This document shows, in pieces, positions 50,300 through 57,927 of a stretch of 57,927 nt of DNA. Under the pieces are notes generated by a model. The model ran no database searches, had not been told where the DNA came from, and was given only the letters and a program-made list of their open reading frames with translations. Source of the stretch: Bacteroidia bacterium. Its GTDB lineage: Bacteria; Bacteroidota; Bacteroidia; AKYH767-A; OLB10. The stretch lies in the NCBI GenBank assembly GCA_016788185.1, contig JAEUTF010000058.1, positions 1-57,927 on the forward strand. The letters run 5' to 3'. The position numbers and the translations under genes are program-made. How positions within the stretch are numbered: the stretch's first letter is position 1; every line of letters starts with the position of its first letter.

Positions 50300-51442
50300 A
50301 TGAGAATTGGTATTGTTTGTTACCCTACCTTCGGAGGTAGCGGGGTGGTGGCAACGGAATTGGGTAAGTCGCTGGCTGAAAAAGGGCATCGTATTCACTT
50401 TATCACCTATAGCCAGCCGGTTAGGTTGGATTATTTTTCAGAGAATATTTCCTATCATGAGGTGTCGATTGCAAAATATCCGCTCTTTGACTATATCCCG
50501 TATGAAACGGCACTGACCAGCAAATTGGTGGACGTGGCGAGGTTTGAAGGATTGGACATACTGCATGTACATTATGCGATTCCACATGCCTCGGTAGCCT
50601 ACATGGCCAAACAGATTCTGGCATCGCATGGAATACACTTACCGGTGGTTACGACTTTGCATGGAACCGATATTACACTGGTCGGAAAGGACTCCAGCTA
50701 TGAACCTGTCGTGACCTTTGCCATCAATCAATCGGATGGGGTGACTGCGGTTTCGGATAGTCTCAGACGGGATACGTATGAAAATTTCAAGATTTCGAAG
50801 GAAATAGAGGTCATACATAACTTCATTGACCTGCGGCGATTTTCAAAAAAGGCCAAAGATCATTTCAGAAAGGCCATTGCTCCGAACGGTGAACGGTTGG
50901 TGGTCCATACTTCCAATTTCAGAAAGGTGAAGCGGGTACAGGATGTGGTGCATGTGTTTAACAAGCTTAAAGACAAGGTGCCGTCCAAACTGTTGTTGAT
51001 AGGCGATGGTCCGGAGCGCCATAACATCGAGCAGCTTTGCCGCGAACTGAATTTATGGGATGATATTCGTTTTTTGGGAAAGCAGGAAATGATTGAAGAA
51101 GTTTTATCCATCGGCGATTTGTTTATCATGCCATCGGAAACGGAGAGTTTCGGCCTGGCAGCACTGGAGGCCATGGCTTGTCAGGTACCGGTCATTTCGT
51201 CGAATTCAGGGGGGATGCCGGAACTGAATGTGCAGGGGGTAACCGGGTACATGAGCAATGTAGGCGATGTGGACGACATGGCGAAAAATGCCGTCAGCAT
51301 ACTGGAAAGCGATGAGGTATTGAAAAAGTTTAAAGCGCAGGCTTTGGTACGTGCAAAGGAATTTGATATTGAAGTAATCAGGCCGCGGTATGAAAAATAC
51401 TATGAAAAGGTGATTGAGCATTCTTTATCACTCACCCGGTAA
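50300..51442 (+). CDS. bshA: N-acetyl-alpha-D-glucosaminyl L-malate synthase
   Basis: CYPTFGGSGVVATELG, HVHYAIPHA, TTLHGTD, SNFRKVKR and ESFGLAALEAM motifs. Confidence 0.93.
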   Translation: MRIGIVCYPTFGGSGVVATELGKSLAEKGHRIHFITYSQPVRLDYFSENISYHEVSIAKYPLFDYIPYETALTSKLVDVARFEGLDILHVHYAIPHASVAYMAKQILASHGIHLPVVTTLHGTDITLVGKDSSYEPVVTFAINQSDGVTAVSDSLRRDTYENFKISKEIEVIHNFIDLRRFSKKAKDHFRKAIAPNGERLVVHTSNFRKVKRVQDVVHVFNKLKDKVPSKLLLIGDGPERHNIEQLCRELNLWDDIRFLGKQEMIEEVLSIGDLFIMPSETESFGLAALEAMACQVPVISSNSGGMPELNVQGVTGYMSNVGDVDDMAKNAVSILESDEVLKKFKAQALVRAKEFDIEVIRPRYEKYYEKVIEHSLSLTR

Positions 51443-51450
51443 ACTCAAAG

Positions 51451-51792
51451 CTAGCCGCCCGCTTTTTTGGCCTTGTAGCCGGCTTGCGTCAGGAGAAGAA
51501 TTACTTTTTCGCGGTGGTCACCCTGGATAAGGATCTCGCCTTCCTTTGCGCCACCCCCAACACCACATTTTGATTTCAACGTGCGGGCAAGCTCATTTAA
51601 ATCTTCATCGGAACCTTTAAAATTTTTAACGACAGTCACCACTTTTCCTCCGCCTTTTCGCTCAAGCCAAACTTTCAGATCCTGCTGAGATGGTGGAAGG
51701 CCAGGTAAGGGCTCTTCTTTCTGATCCGAAGAAATAAATCCGGGATGGGTAGAATATACGATTCCGCCGGCTGAAGATTTTTTCCTATTCAT
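51451..51792 (-). CDS. yciH: SUI1/YciH translation initiation factor homolog
   Basis: GIVYST, GGKVVTVV, LKSKCGVGG and IQGDHR motifs. Start reassigned to MNRKK. Confidence 0.88.
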   Translation of the reverse strand: MNRKKSSAGGIVYSTHPGFISSDQKEEPLPGLPPSQQDLKVWLERKGGGKVVTVVKNFKGSDEDLNELARTLKSKCGVGGGAKEGEILIQGDHREKVILLLTQAGYKAKKAGG

Positions 51793-51793
51793 G

Positions 51794-54316
51794 TTAAAAT
51801 TTGGCCTGCATTTTAAAATTGAGCAAACGGGAGGTGAGGTAATTGGGGATTCCATACTGACGCCCACTCACATCGGTGATCCAGGTGTACGAAATCGTAT
51901 TGCTTACCTGCAGCAGGTTAAACACTTCCAGGCTGAAAATTAAAGATTTCAGATTTTTTACCACCGGGAGTCTTGATTTATTTTCTCCGTCTTCATCGAT
52001 AGCAATCTTTGAAAATCCAATATCAACCCGACGGTAGGAGGGGGCACGTAGAATATCCTTGTAACGATCGTTGCCAGGAGGACCAAAAGGCAATCCTGTA
52101 CCAAACACCAGGTTCAGGTGCATGCGCACAGTCGGAAATTTCGGGAGATAATCCTGGAAAAACATACTGAAGGTGATCCGCTGGTCGGTAGGTCTTGGTA
52201 TAGAACCCGGGTTGACCCTCAGGCTATCGGTAGCAACGCTGTTGAAAGTATAGCCGGGTATAATTTCTTCACCGTCCGAATTGAAATACCGGTAATAGCC
52301 ATCACCCCGTATATCTTCCTCCGTCTTCAATATTCCCAGTGAAACCCAGGATTCAATGCCGCTGACAAACTCTCCGTTAACACGCAGGTCAAGCCCCGTA
52401 GCATAGCCGCTGGCGTTGTTCTTTGCGAGATACCGGATTCGGGTATTATCCAGTTTATAAGGGATAAGATTGTTCATCCGCTTGTAATACACTTCACTGC
52501 TGAGCTTAAATTCGCGACCCCAGGCAAGAAACTGGTAATCGCTTCCTAAAACGAAATGGATCGACTGCTGCGCTTCGAGATTTTTATTGATCTGTCCTTC
52601 CAGGTTGCGCAATTCCCTGTAAAAGGGAGGCTGGTAATAGATTCCGCCTGCCGCACGAAACGAAAGTCTTTTACTCCAGGAAGGTCTGAAACTTAAGCCC
52701 GCCCTGGGACTGATGTTCATCTCCTTGTTCAGGTCCCAGTAAGTTGATCGCAGCCCCAGCGTAAACGTAAAATGATCGTAATTCCAGGTGTTCTGAAGGT
52801 AGGCGCTGAAACGCGAGGAGGACAAGCTGATTTTGTTCTTCACGACCCCGTTGAGTACAATCTGTTGATTCGGATTTCCGTTCTGACCAGGCTGATCGTT
52901 CGGGTGGGGAACAGAATAATCCGCGGAGTCGCGGTACTGCCATTCATCAAGCTGATCATCGATCACCTCGCGTTGGGCCTTTAGTCCCCATTGCCATTGA
53001 TGTCTCCGGACCCGATAACTGCCTACATGCGCGGCCGTACTCACAAAGGCCTCGAGTTCGTTACGGGCATGATCGAGAAAGGCGCCCACTCCCCGGTTAA
53101 AGGCGACATCGCCGAACTCATCGGATCCAAGGTCTCTTTCCAGTTCATCAAGAAAATACTGTCCGAGTACATCAAAAAATTCCTTCTCCCTGGAGTAAAA
53201 GGCAGACGTAATAAATTTTAGTTTTAAGCTATCGTTGATGTGATGCGTCAGACTCAGGGCGCCGGTAGAAGTCCGGAAGTCATCAATTTCCTGCCCGTCA
53301 AAATAAACGGTGAAACGAAGCGCTTCATTAATACTTCCGAACTCTGTTTCGCGTGATGAAGGAATCACCCGGAACTGGTTCATGGAGTAATGTCCAAGAA
53401 ATGAAATTTCAGTTTTAGCACCCAGCTTGTAATTAAGCAAGGTCTGCACATCAGTAAATTTAGGCCTGTATTCGCCCTGTGTATCCAGTTTTTTCAGCAG
53501 GAACTGATTGGAGCGGTGTCGTAATCCGCCGAGCCAGGTAAATTTTTCATTCTTGCTGCTGCCCTCCAGGTGTAAACCGGCGCCCAATAGGCTGGCATAT
53601 GCACTTCCGCCGAATTTTTTAGGAATCCGGTATTTGATGTCCAGTACCGAGCTCATTTTGTCGCCATACATGGCACTGAAACCACCGGCACTGAAACTGA
53701 TTTCCGATACAAGATCCGGGTTGATGAAACTTAAACCTTCCTGCTGTCCGGCTCTTACCAGGAAAGGCCTGTATATTTCAATGTCGTTTACGTAGACGAG
53801 GTTCTCATCAAAACTTCCTCCGCGTACCGAGTAATTCGATGAGAGTTCGTTGTTGGAAACAACTCCCGGCATGGTTTTGAGAAAACTCTCAAAATTTCCG
53901 GAAACATTGGGAAGTTGTTCTATCGTCCTGGGTTCGATACGAACAACTGTAAGATCACCCGGCCTGGCCGCTTCGATGTTAACGGTCCCCAGAATTTTAC
54001 TGGTGTTCCTTAAGCGGATGTCAAGGTTCCTTTCCTCGCCGGGATTGAGTTTGACGGATATTTTTTCGGTTCCATAGCCAATGAAAGAGAAAACAATGGT
54101 CAGCTCTCTGTAAGGACTAACCCGGAGTTCATATTTTCCTTTCTGATCCGTGATGGTTCCTCCTGGCTCACCATTGATCGAAACCGAAACGGCTTCAATC
54201 GGCTTTCCAATAGAATCTCTGACCACGCCGCGTAAAATGGCATCCTGGCCCTGTGCCTGAAGCCGGCAGAGGAGAATGATCAATACAAGAATGAAGGCGC
54301 TTCGCTGAAAAATCAC
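51794..54316 (-). CDS. TonB-dependent receptor with N-terminal carboxypeptidase-regulatory-like domain
   Basis: Plug motif YSVRGGSFDENLVYVND, YGDKMSSVLDI; terminal Phe. Confidence 0.88.
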   Translation of the reverse strand: MIFQRSAFILVLIILLCRLQAQGQDAILRGVVRDSIGKPIEAVSVSINGEPGGTITDQKGKYELRVSPYRELTIVFSFIGYGTEKISVKLNPGEERNLDIRLRNTSKILGTVNIEAARPGDLTVVRIEPRTIEQLPNVSGNFESFLKTMPGVVSNNELSSNYSVRGGSFDENLVYVNDIEIYRPFLVRAGQQEGLSFINPDLVSEISFSAGGFSAMYGDKMSSVLDIKYRIPKKFGGSAYASLLGAGLHLEGSSKNEKFTWLGGLRHRSNQFLLKKLDTQGEYRPKFTDVQTLLNYKLGAKTEISFLGHYSMNQFRVIPSSRETEFGSINEALRFTVYFDGQEIDDFRTSTGALSLTHHINDSLKLKFITSAFYSREKEFFDVLGQYFLDELERDLGSDEFGDVAFNRGVGAFLDHARNELEAFVSTAAHVGSYRVRRHQWQWGLKAQREVIDDQLDEWQYRDSADYSVPHPNDQPGQNGNPNQQIVLNGVVKNKISLSSSRFSAYLQNTWNYDHFTFTLGLRSTYWDLNKEMNISPRAGLSFRPSWSKRLSFRAAGGIYYQPPFYRELRNLEGQINKNLEAQQSIHFVLGSDYQFLAWGREFKLSSEVYYKRMNNLIPYKLDNTRIRYLAKNNASGYATGLDLRVNGEFVSGIESWVSLGILKTEEDIRGDGYYRYFNSDGEEIIPGYTFNSVATDSLRVNPGSIPRPTDQRITFSMFFQDYLPKFPTVRMHLNLVFGTGLPFGPPGNDRYKDILRAPSYRRVDIGFSKIAIDEDGENKSRLPVVKNLKSLIFSLEVFNLLQVSNTISYTWITDVSGRQYGIPNYLTSRLLNFKMQAKF

Positions 54317-54978
54317 GGTTTCTTTTCGTCTTTTCGTTTAAAAGCACCGTCTTTCCAGGCCTGGATAAAGGCAGCCCAGGCTAGTGGATTCAACAAGCTG
54401 ATGGAGGGAAACTGACCGGCGTTGTATAACTGAGTTTGCCGCTGTTGCATGGCCATTTTGTAGTTAATGCTCCCGTCATATCCAACCTGATCCTGAATTT
54501 CTTTCAAGGAGGCTAATTCGAAATTCCTTTGTGCGCGCTTCAAATCATCATCCGGTAATTTCAATTCGAGAAATGCGCGTTTGAATTCATCCCTACTGGG
54601 CCAGGGATATACCACCGCTTCCCGGAGGTTGATGGTGTCACGCATCAAAACCTGAATGATCGAGTAATGGTTGTCCTTCAAAGAGTCTGGAATTACGTAC
54701 GAGGAAGTTTTATATCCTACGTATTGAAAATCGATGGTATCGCCTTTCATGGCAACAAAAGAGAAAAAGCCATAAAAGTCAGTTATGGTACCCCTTTTTG
54801 CTGTTCGTATGATCACATTGGTAAATGGAATCGGTTGTAAGGAATCGGCGCTGACAACTACTCCTGAAAACTGAATCAGCGCTTTGTCCGGCGTTGCTTT
54901 GATCTGACTGAATCCGGTCGTGGCAATTAGCAGCAAAACAGCCACAACCAAATATCCGTAGGCGTATTTCTTTTTCAT
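54313..54978 (-). CDS. carboxypeptidase-like regulatory domain protein
   Basis: Signal peptide; QFSGVV, GTITDFYGFFS and VGYK motifs. Confidence 0.8.
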   Translation of the reverse strand: MKKKYAYGYLVVAVLLLIATTGFSQIKATPDKALIQFSGVVVSADSLQPIPFTNVIIRTAKRGTITDFYGFFSFVAMKGDTIDFQYVGYKTSSYVIPDSLKDNHYSIIQVLMRDTINLREAVVYPWPSRDEFKRAFLELKLPDDDLKRAQRNFELASLKEIQDQVGYDGSINYKMAMQQRQTQLYNAGQFPSISLLNPLAWAAFIQAWKDGAFKRKDEKKP

Positions 54979-55424
54979 CTATGTCGCGAATTTACCTTTT
55001 TAAGGGCTATTAACGGGATTTCTGTTCAATTATTGGTCAATTCTGTCGTCTTTCATCCGGCCACTTATTTGTGAAACCAGCACGTTTTCATCTCTCCGGA
55101 TCTATCGGCCTTCCTAAAGGTAGGGGCACATATTTCCGGATATCTTAAGGGCAGAATGCTTTGGTTACAGGCTCATTTCGGCTATAGTTTTTCAAATTTA
55201 CGCTGTATGGATTTTATGTAATGAGAAGGTAATTTTTGCAATTTTTCCGCATTCGCTTAAATGAACTGCTCGTCTTAAACGTTATACACTTGAGGCCTTG
55301 ATTGGTTTAAATCTGAAGTTATTCTTCTAAAATAAGGGGGGATAGATGATGAAAACAAGAAAATACCAGACCATGGTAATATTTTGGTTAAGTTGCTGTA
55401 AACCATTGCATTTAAAAAAGTTAG

Positions 55425-55440
55425 TGGCACAGTATTTGAT
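55425..55440 (+). promoter_or_regulatory. candidate sigma54 (-24/-12) promoter TGGCAC-AGTAT-TTGAT
   Basis: Exact TGGCAC-N5-TTG spacing, with GA in place of GC at -12; 32 nt before the sigma ATG. Confidence 0.6.
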
Positions 55441-55472
55441 AAAGAGTTGACACACACCAAAGCAAAATAAAC

Positions 55473-56336
55473 ATGAGACAATTAAAAATAACCCAATCCA
55501 TTACCAACCGGGAAAGTGCTTCTTTGGAGAAGTACCTTCAGGATATCGGTAAGGAGGAAATGGTAAGCCCGCATCAGGAGGTGGAGTTGGCACAGCGAAT
55601 CAAACAGGGAGATCACGAAGCATTGGATAAATTGACACGAGCCAATCTGCGTTTTGTGGTATCCGTTGCCAAACAGTATCAAAATCAGGGAATGAGTTTA
55701 CCCGACCTCATCAACGAAGGGAATCTGGGTTTGATAAAGGCGGCACAACGATTCGATGAAACCAAGGGTTTCAAGTTTATATCCTATGCGGTATGGTGGA
55801 TCAGGCAGAGTATTCTTCAGGCCATTGCCGAACAATCAAGGATGGTGCGCCTGCCCCTGAATCAGATTGGTGCCATGAATAAAGTCAAAAAAGCACTGGC
55901 TAAACTCGAGCAGCAGTATGGACGTGACCCCAGTGCCGAAGAGATATCGGAGGCGGTGGATCTGAGCTATAATCAGATTCGGGATGTACTGAGAGTTTCC
56001 AACCGGCCGGTATCCATGGATGCGCCATTCGACAGCAATGATGAAAGCAATACCCTCCTGGATGTGATGGCCAACGATGACATTCCTTCCACCGATTCCG
56101 CCTTGCTCGACGAATCACTTTCCGAGGACATCAACCGTTCCCTCAGCACGCTTTCCAAAAGAGAGGCAGAAGTGATACGAATGTTTTTTGGTATAGGAAC
56201 CAAGCACAGCATGTCACTGGATGAAATTGGTATTGAATTGGGCCTGACTCGTGAACGGGTACGGCAGATCAAGGAAACCGGACTCAGACGGCTGAAACAC
56301 AATTCCAGAAACAAACTCTTGAAATCCTATTTGTAA
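55473..56336 (+). CDS. RpoD/SigA-family sigma factor, short Bacteroidota type, probably a secondary paralog
   Basis: MRQLKIT, ANLRFVVSVAKQY, DLINEGNLGL, FISYAVWWIRQ and LTRERVRQIK motifs; 287 aa; no region 1.1. Confidence 0.9.
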   Translation: MRQLKITQSITNRESASLEKYLQDIGKEEMVSPHQEVELAQRIKQGDHEALDKLTRANLRFVVSVAKQYQNQGMSLPDLINEGNLGLIKAAQRFDETKGFKFISYAVWWIRQSILQAIAEQSRMVRLPLNQIGAMNKVKKALAKLEQQYGRDPSAEEISEAVDLSYNQIRDVLRVSNRPVSMDAPFDSNDESNTLLDVMANDDIPSTDSALLDESLSEDINRSLSTLSKREAEVIRMFFGIGTKHSMSLDEIGIELGLTRERVRQIKETGLRRLKHNSRNKLLKSYL

Positions 56337-56356
56337 AGCATTGGTTTAATGATGTT

Positions 56357-56389
56357 AAAGCCGGATCCTGATGGGATCCGGCTTTTTTT
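56357..56389. terminator. intrinsic terminator between the sigma gene and tRNA-Arg
   Basis: aaagccggatcc-tgatg-ggatccggcttt perfect stem followed by a T-tract. Confidence 0.85.
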
Positions 56390-56438
56390 AGAGGGAAAAT
56401 CACATTGATCTTTTTAAAAAAAACGCGCCCCTGCTTTG

Positions 56439-56512
56439 CGATTCCGAGGCGATTCGAACGCCTGACCGTCTGCTTAGAAGGCAGATGCTCTATCCAGCTG
56501 AGCTACGGAATC
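56439..56512 (-). tRNA. tRNA-Arg(TCT)
   Basis: Minus strand reads GATTCCG...GCTC/GAGC...TCTGC-CTTCTAA-GCAGA...AGGCG-TTCGAAT-CGCCT-CGGAATC-G. Confidence 0.95.
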
Positions 56513-56531
56513 AATCTCCCGGATGGGAATG

Positions 56532-56589
56532 CAAATTTATTCGATTTTTCAGGTAATAAGTCGTTTATTTCATTTTTAATGTACCTTTG
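56532..56589. promoter_or_regulatory. divergent tRNA promoters: TAAATTTG (minus, 56532-56539) and TACCTTTG (plus, 56582-56589)
   Basis: Perfect TAnnTTTG boxes upstream of each tRNA. Confidence 0.7.
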
Positions 56590-56623
56590 CACCTCCTGAA
56601 AAAATTGATTTTTTTAGGTTTTT

Positions 56624-56697
56624 CGGGGTGTAGCGTAGCCCGGTATCGCGCCTGCTTTGGGAGCAGGAGGCCGTAGGTTCGAATCCTGCCACCCCGA
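56624..56697 (+). tRNA. tRNA-Pro(TGG)
   Basis: CGGGGTG/CACCCCG acceptor stem, CCTGC-TTTGGGA-GCAGG anticodon arm, TTCGAAT T-loop. Confidence 0.95.
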
Positions 56698-56714
56698 CAA
56701 AATGATTTCAACGG

Positions 56715-56743
56715 AACCCTGCGCAAGTAGGGTTTTCTTTTTT
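56715..56743 (+). terminator. tRNA-Pro terminator
   Basis: aaccctgc-gcaa-gtagggtt stem followed by a T-tract. Confidence 0.7.
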
Positions 56744-56880
56744 AAGGGATGGCTTCATGACCTGCGTGGGCAGGTCAGAACTAAAGTTGAATCGACCAAA
56801 GTCAGGGTGAAGCCGGTGAGGTGGGTCACTTTTTCATCAGGGACTAATAATTAATAACTTCGGGGCCTTAACCCAGTTGC

Positions 56881-57594
56881 ATGAGCCTACACATCAGTGC
56901 CGGAAAAGATGAAATTGCCCCGATTGTTCTGATGCCGGGTGATCCTTTGAGGGCCAAAATTATGGCGGAACGCTTCCTTGCGGATAGTCGTTTAGTCAGT
57001 CAAACAAGAAATGTGTTTTATTATACAGGAACCTATAAGGGAGTCAGATTGACCATTGGTGCCAGTGGAATGGGTTGTCCTTCAATCGGCATCTATTCGT
57101 ATGAATTGTACAGTTTTTACGATGTAAATTGCATCATCCGGATAGGAACTGCAGGTGCATATTCCACCCGATTGAGTGTTTTTGACCTGATCAATACAGA
57201 TAAAGCTTTCAGCGAATCCACCTTTGCAAAAGAAGCATTCGGCTATACCGGTTGTTACCAAGACCACCAGGGCGTATGCTTCGATACCATCAATCAAAAG
57301 GCCGTTTCAATGGGTTTAAAAATTCAATCGGCCAATGTACATTCCAGTGACGTTTTTTATCGTGCGGTAAAGGGTACGCCGCCTTTAGCCGCGGAAAACA
57401 ACTGTCTGGCTGTTGAAATGGAGGCCTTTTCGCTTTTCGCCACGGCCAGGTATTTGAACAAAATGGCAGGTACCTTACTGACTATTTCTGATGTTATTCC
57501 GACCGGAGACCAGATTTCGCCGAAAGAAAGGGAGCAGGCCTTGATCCCGATGATGGAACTCGCGCTGGAGTCTGCAATTGAATTGACGGATTAA
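56881..57594 (+). CDS. deoD: purine-nucleoside phosphorylase, DeoD type
   Basis: MPGDPLRAK, SGMGCPS, IIRIGTAG, SSDVFY and VEME motifs. Confidence 0.93.
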   Translation: MSLHISAGKDEIAPIVLMPGDPLRAKIMAERFLADSRLVSQTRNVFYYTGTYKGVRLTIGASGMGCPSIGIYSYELYSFYDVNCIIRIGTAGAYSTRLSVFDLINTDKAFSESTFAKEAFGYTGCYQDHQGVCFDTINQKAVSMGLKIQSANVHSSDVFYRAVKGTPPLAAENNCLAVEMEAFSLFATARYLNKMAGTLLTISDVIPTGDQISPKEREQALIPMMELALESAIELTD

Positions 57595-57738
57595 AGCATG
57601 CATGGGTGTTGTTTGGGCTAAAAATCTGGTAAATAGTCGTTTGTGCTGTTTTGTCGCTTCCTGAAAACGGCCTTTCACCAGAAATGAAGCTCTGAAATGT
57701 CCAGTTCGAGCCCGACCTGTTTATTTCAAGAATAAGAT

Positions 57739-57927
57739 AGGGATTGCTTACGCGATCCCCGTTAGGGGAGGCTTAAATCCGATCCCATGCCGGCACCTTG
57801 TGCCTGTCATTTTTCATTCCCCTTGCCTTCGCTCAGGCAAGCCTGGCTTGGCTGTGAAATGAAAAATGCCCCTTGCGGGGCATTGGATCGGTTTTGCGGT
57901 GAGGGAGGGATTGCCAACGCGATCCCC
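57739..57927 (-). repeat. structured 167-bp repeat unit containing a tRNA-Ser 3'-end fragment (runs off the window)
   Basis: agggattgc(tt/ca)acgcgatcccc at 57739-57760 and 57906-57927; minus strand AATCCCTCCCTCACCGCA at 57912-57895; nested hairpins in between. Confidence 0.65.

Noticed and set aside
47298-51442. GH3-beta-lactamase fusion next to bshA as a resistance or novel thiol system
   Set aside because: Both are well-known Bacteroidota genes and the adjacency is common; the serine hydrolase domain does not show antibiotic resistance.
56745-56880. Purine riboswitch upstream of deoD
   Set aside because: No purine-aptamer consensus, and a promoter-like box only about 18 nt before the ATG leaves too short a leader.
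57690-57720. gttcgag T-loop-like motif as a hidden tRNA
   Set aside because: No pairing T-stem, acceptor stem or anticodon arm around it.

Overview
Chromosomal window from a Bacteroidota genome. The assignment rests on TAnnTTTG -7 promoter boxes, T9SS C-terminal sorting domains, the bat operon, the folP/DUF1599/DoxX block and a short Bacteroidota-type RpoD-family sigma factor. It holds about 47 mostly housekeeping or envelope CDSs and 4 tRNAs (Leu-GAG, Leu-CAG, Arg-TCT, Pro-TGG). I saw no integrase, transposase, prophage gene or CRISPR array. The main observations are: (1) a diverged RpoD-family sigma gene preceded by a well-placed sigma54-type -24/-12 box, suggesting an RpoN-to-sigma70-paralog cascade; (2) a 167-bp, highly structured repeat unit carrying the 3' end of a tRNA-Ser at the right edge; (3) a solo Cas4-like PD-(D/E)XK nuclease with four Cys, translationally coupled to folP; (4) a hybrid kinase-CheR operon with no CheB and apparently eroded methylation and receiver motifs; (5) several genes whose promoter box lies 4-5 nt before the start codon (candidate leaderless mRNAs); (6) an NYN RNase with a Zn ribbon, divergent from a USP gene that has phased TGA-N6-TCA boxes. 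All calls come from motif recognition by eye; no database searches were run.
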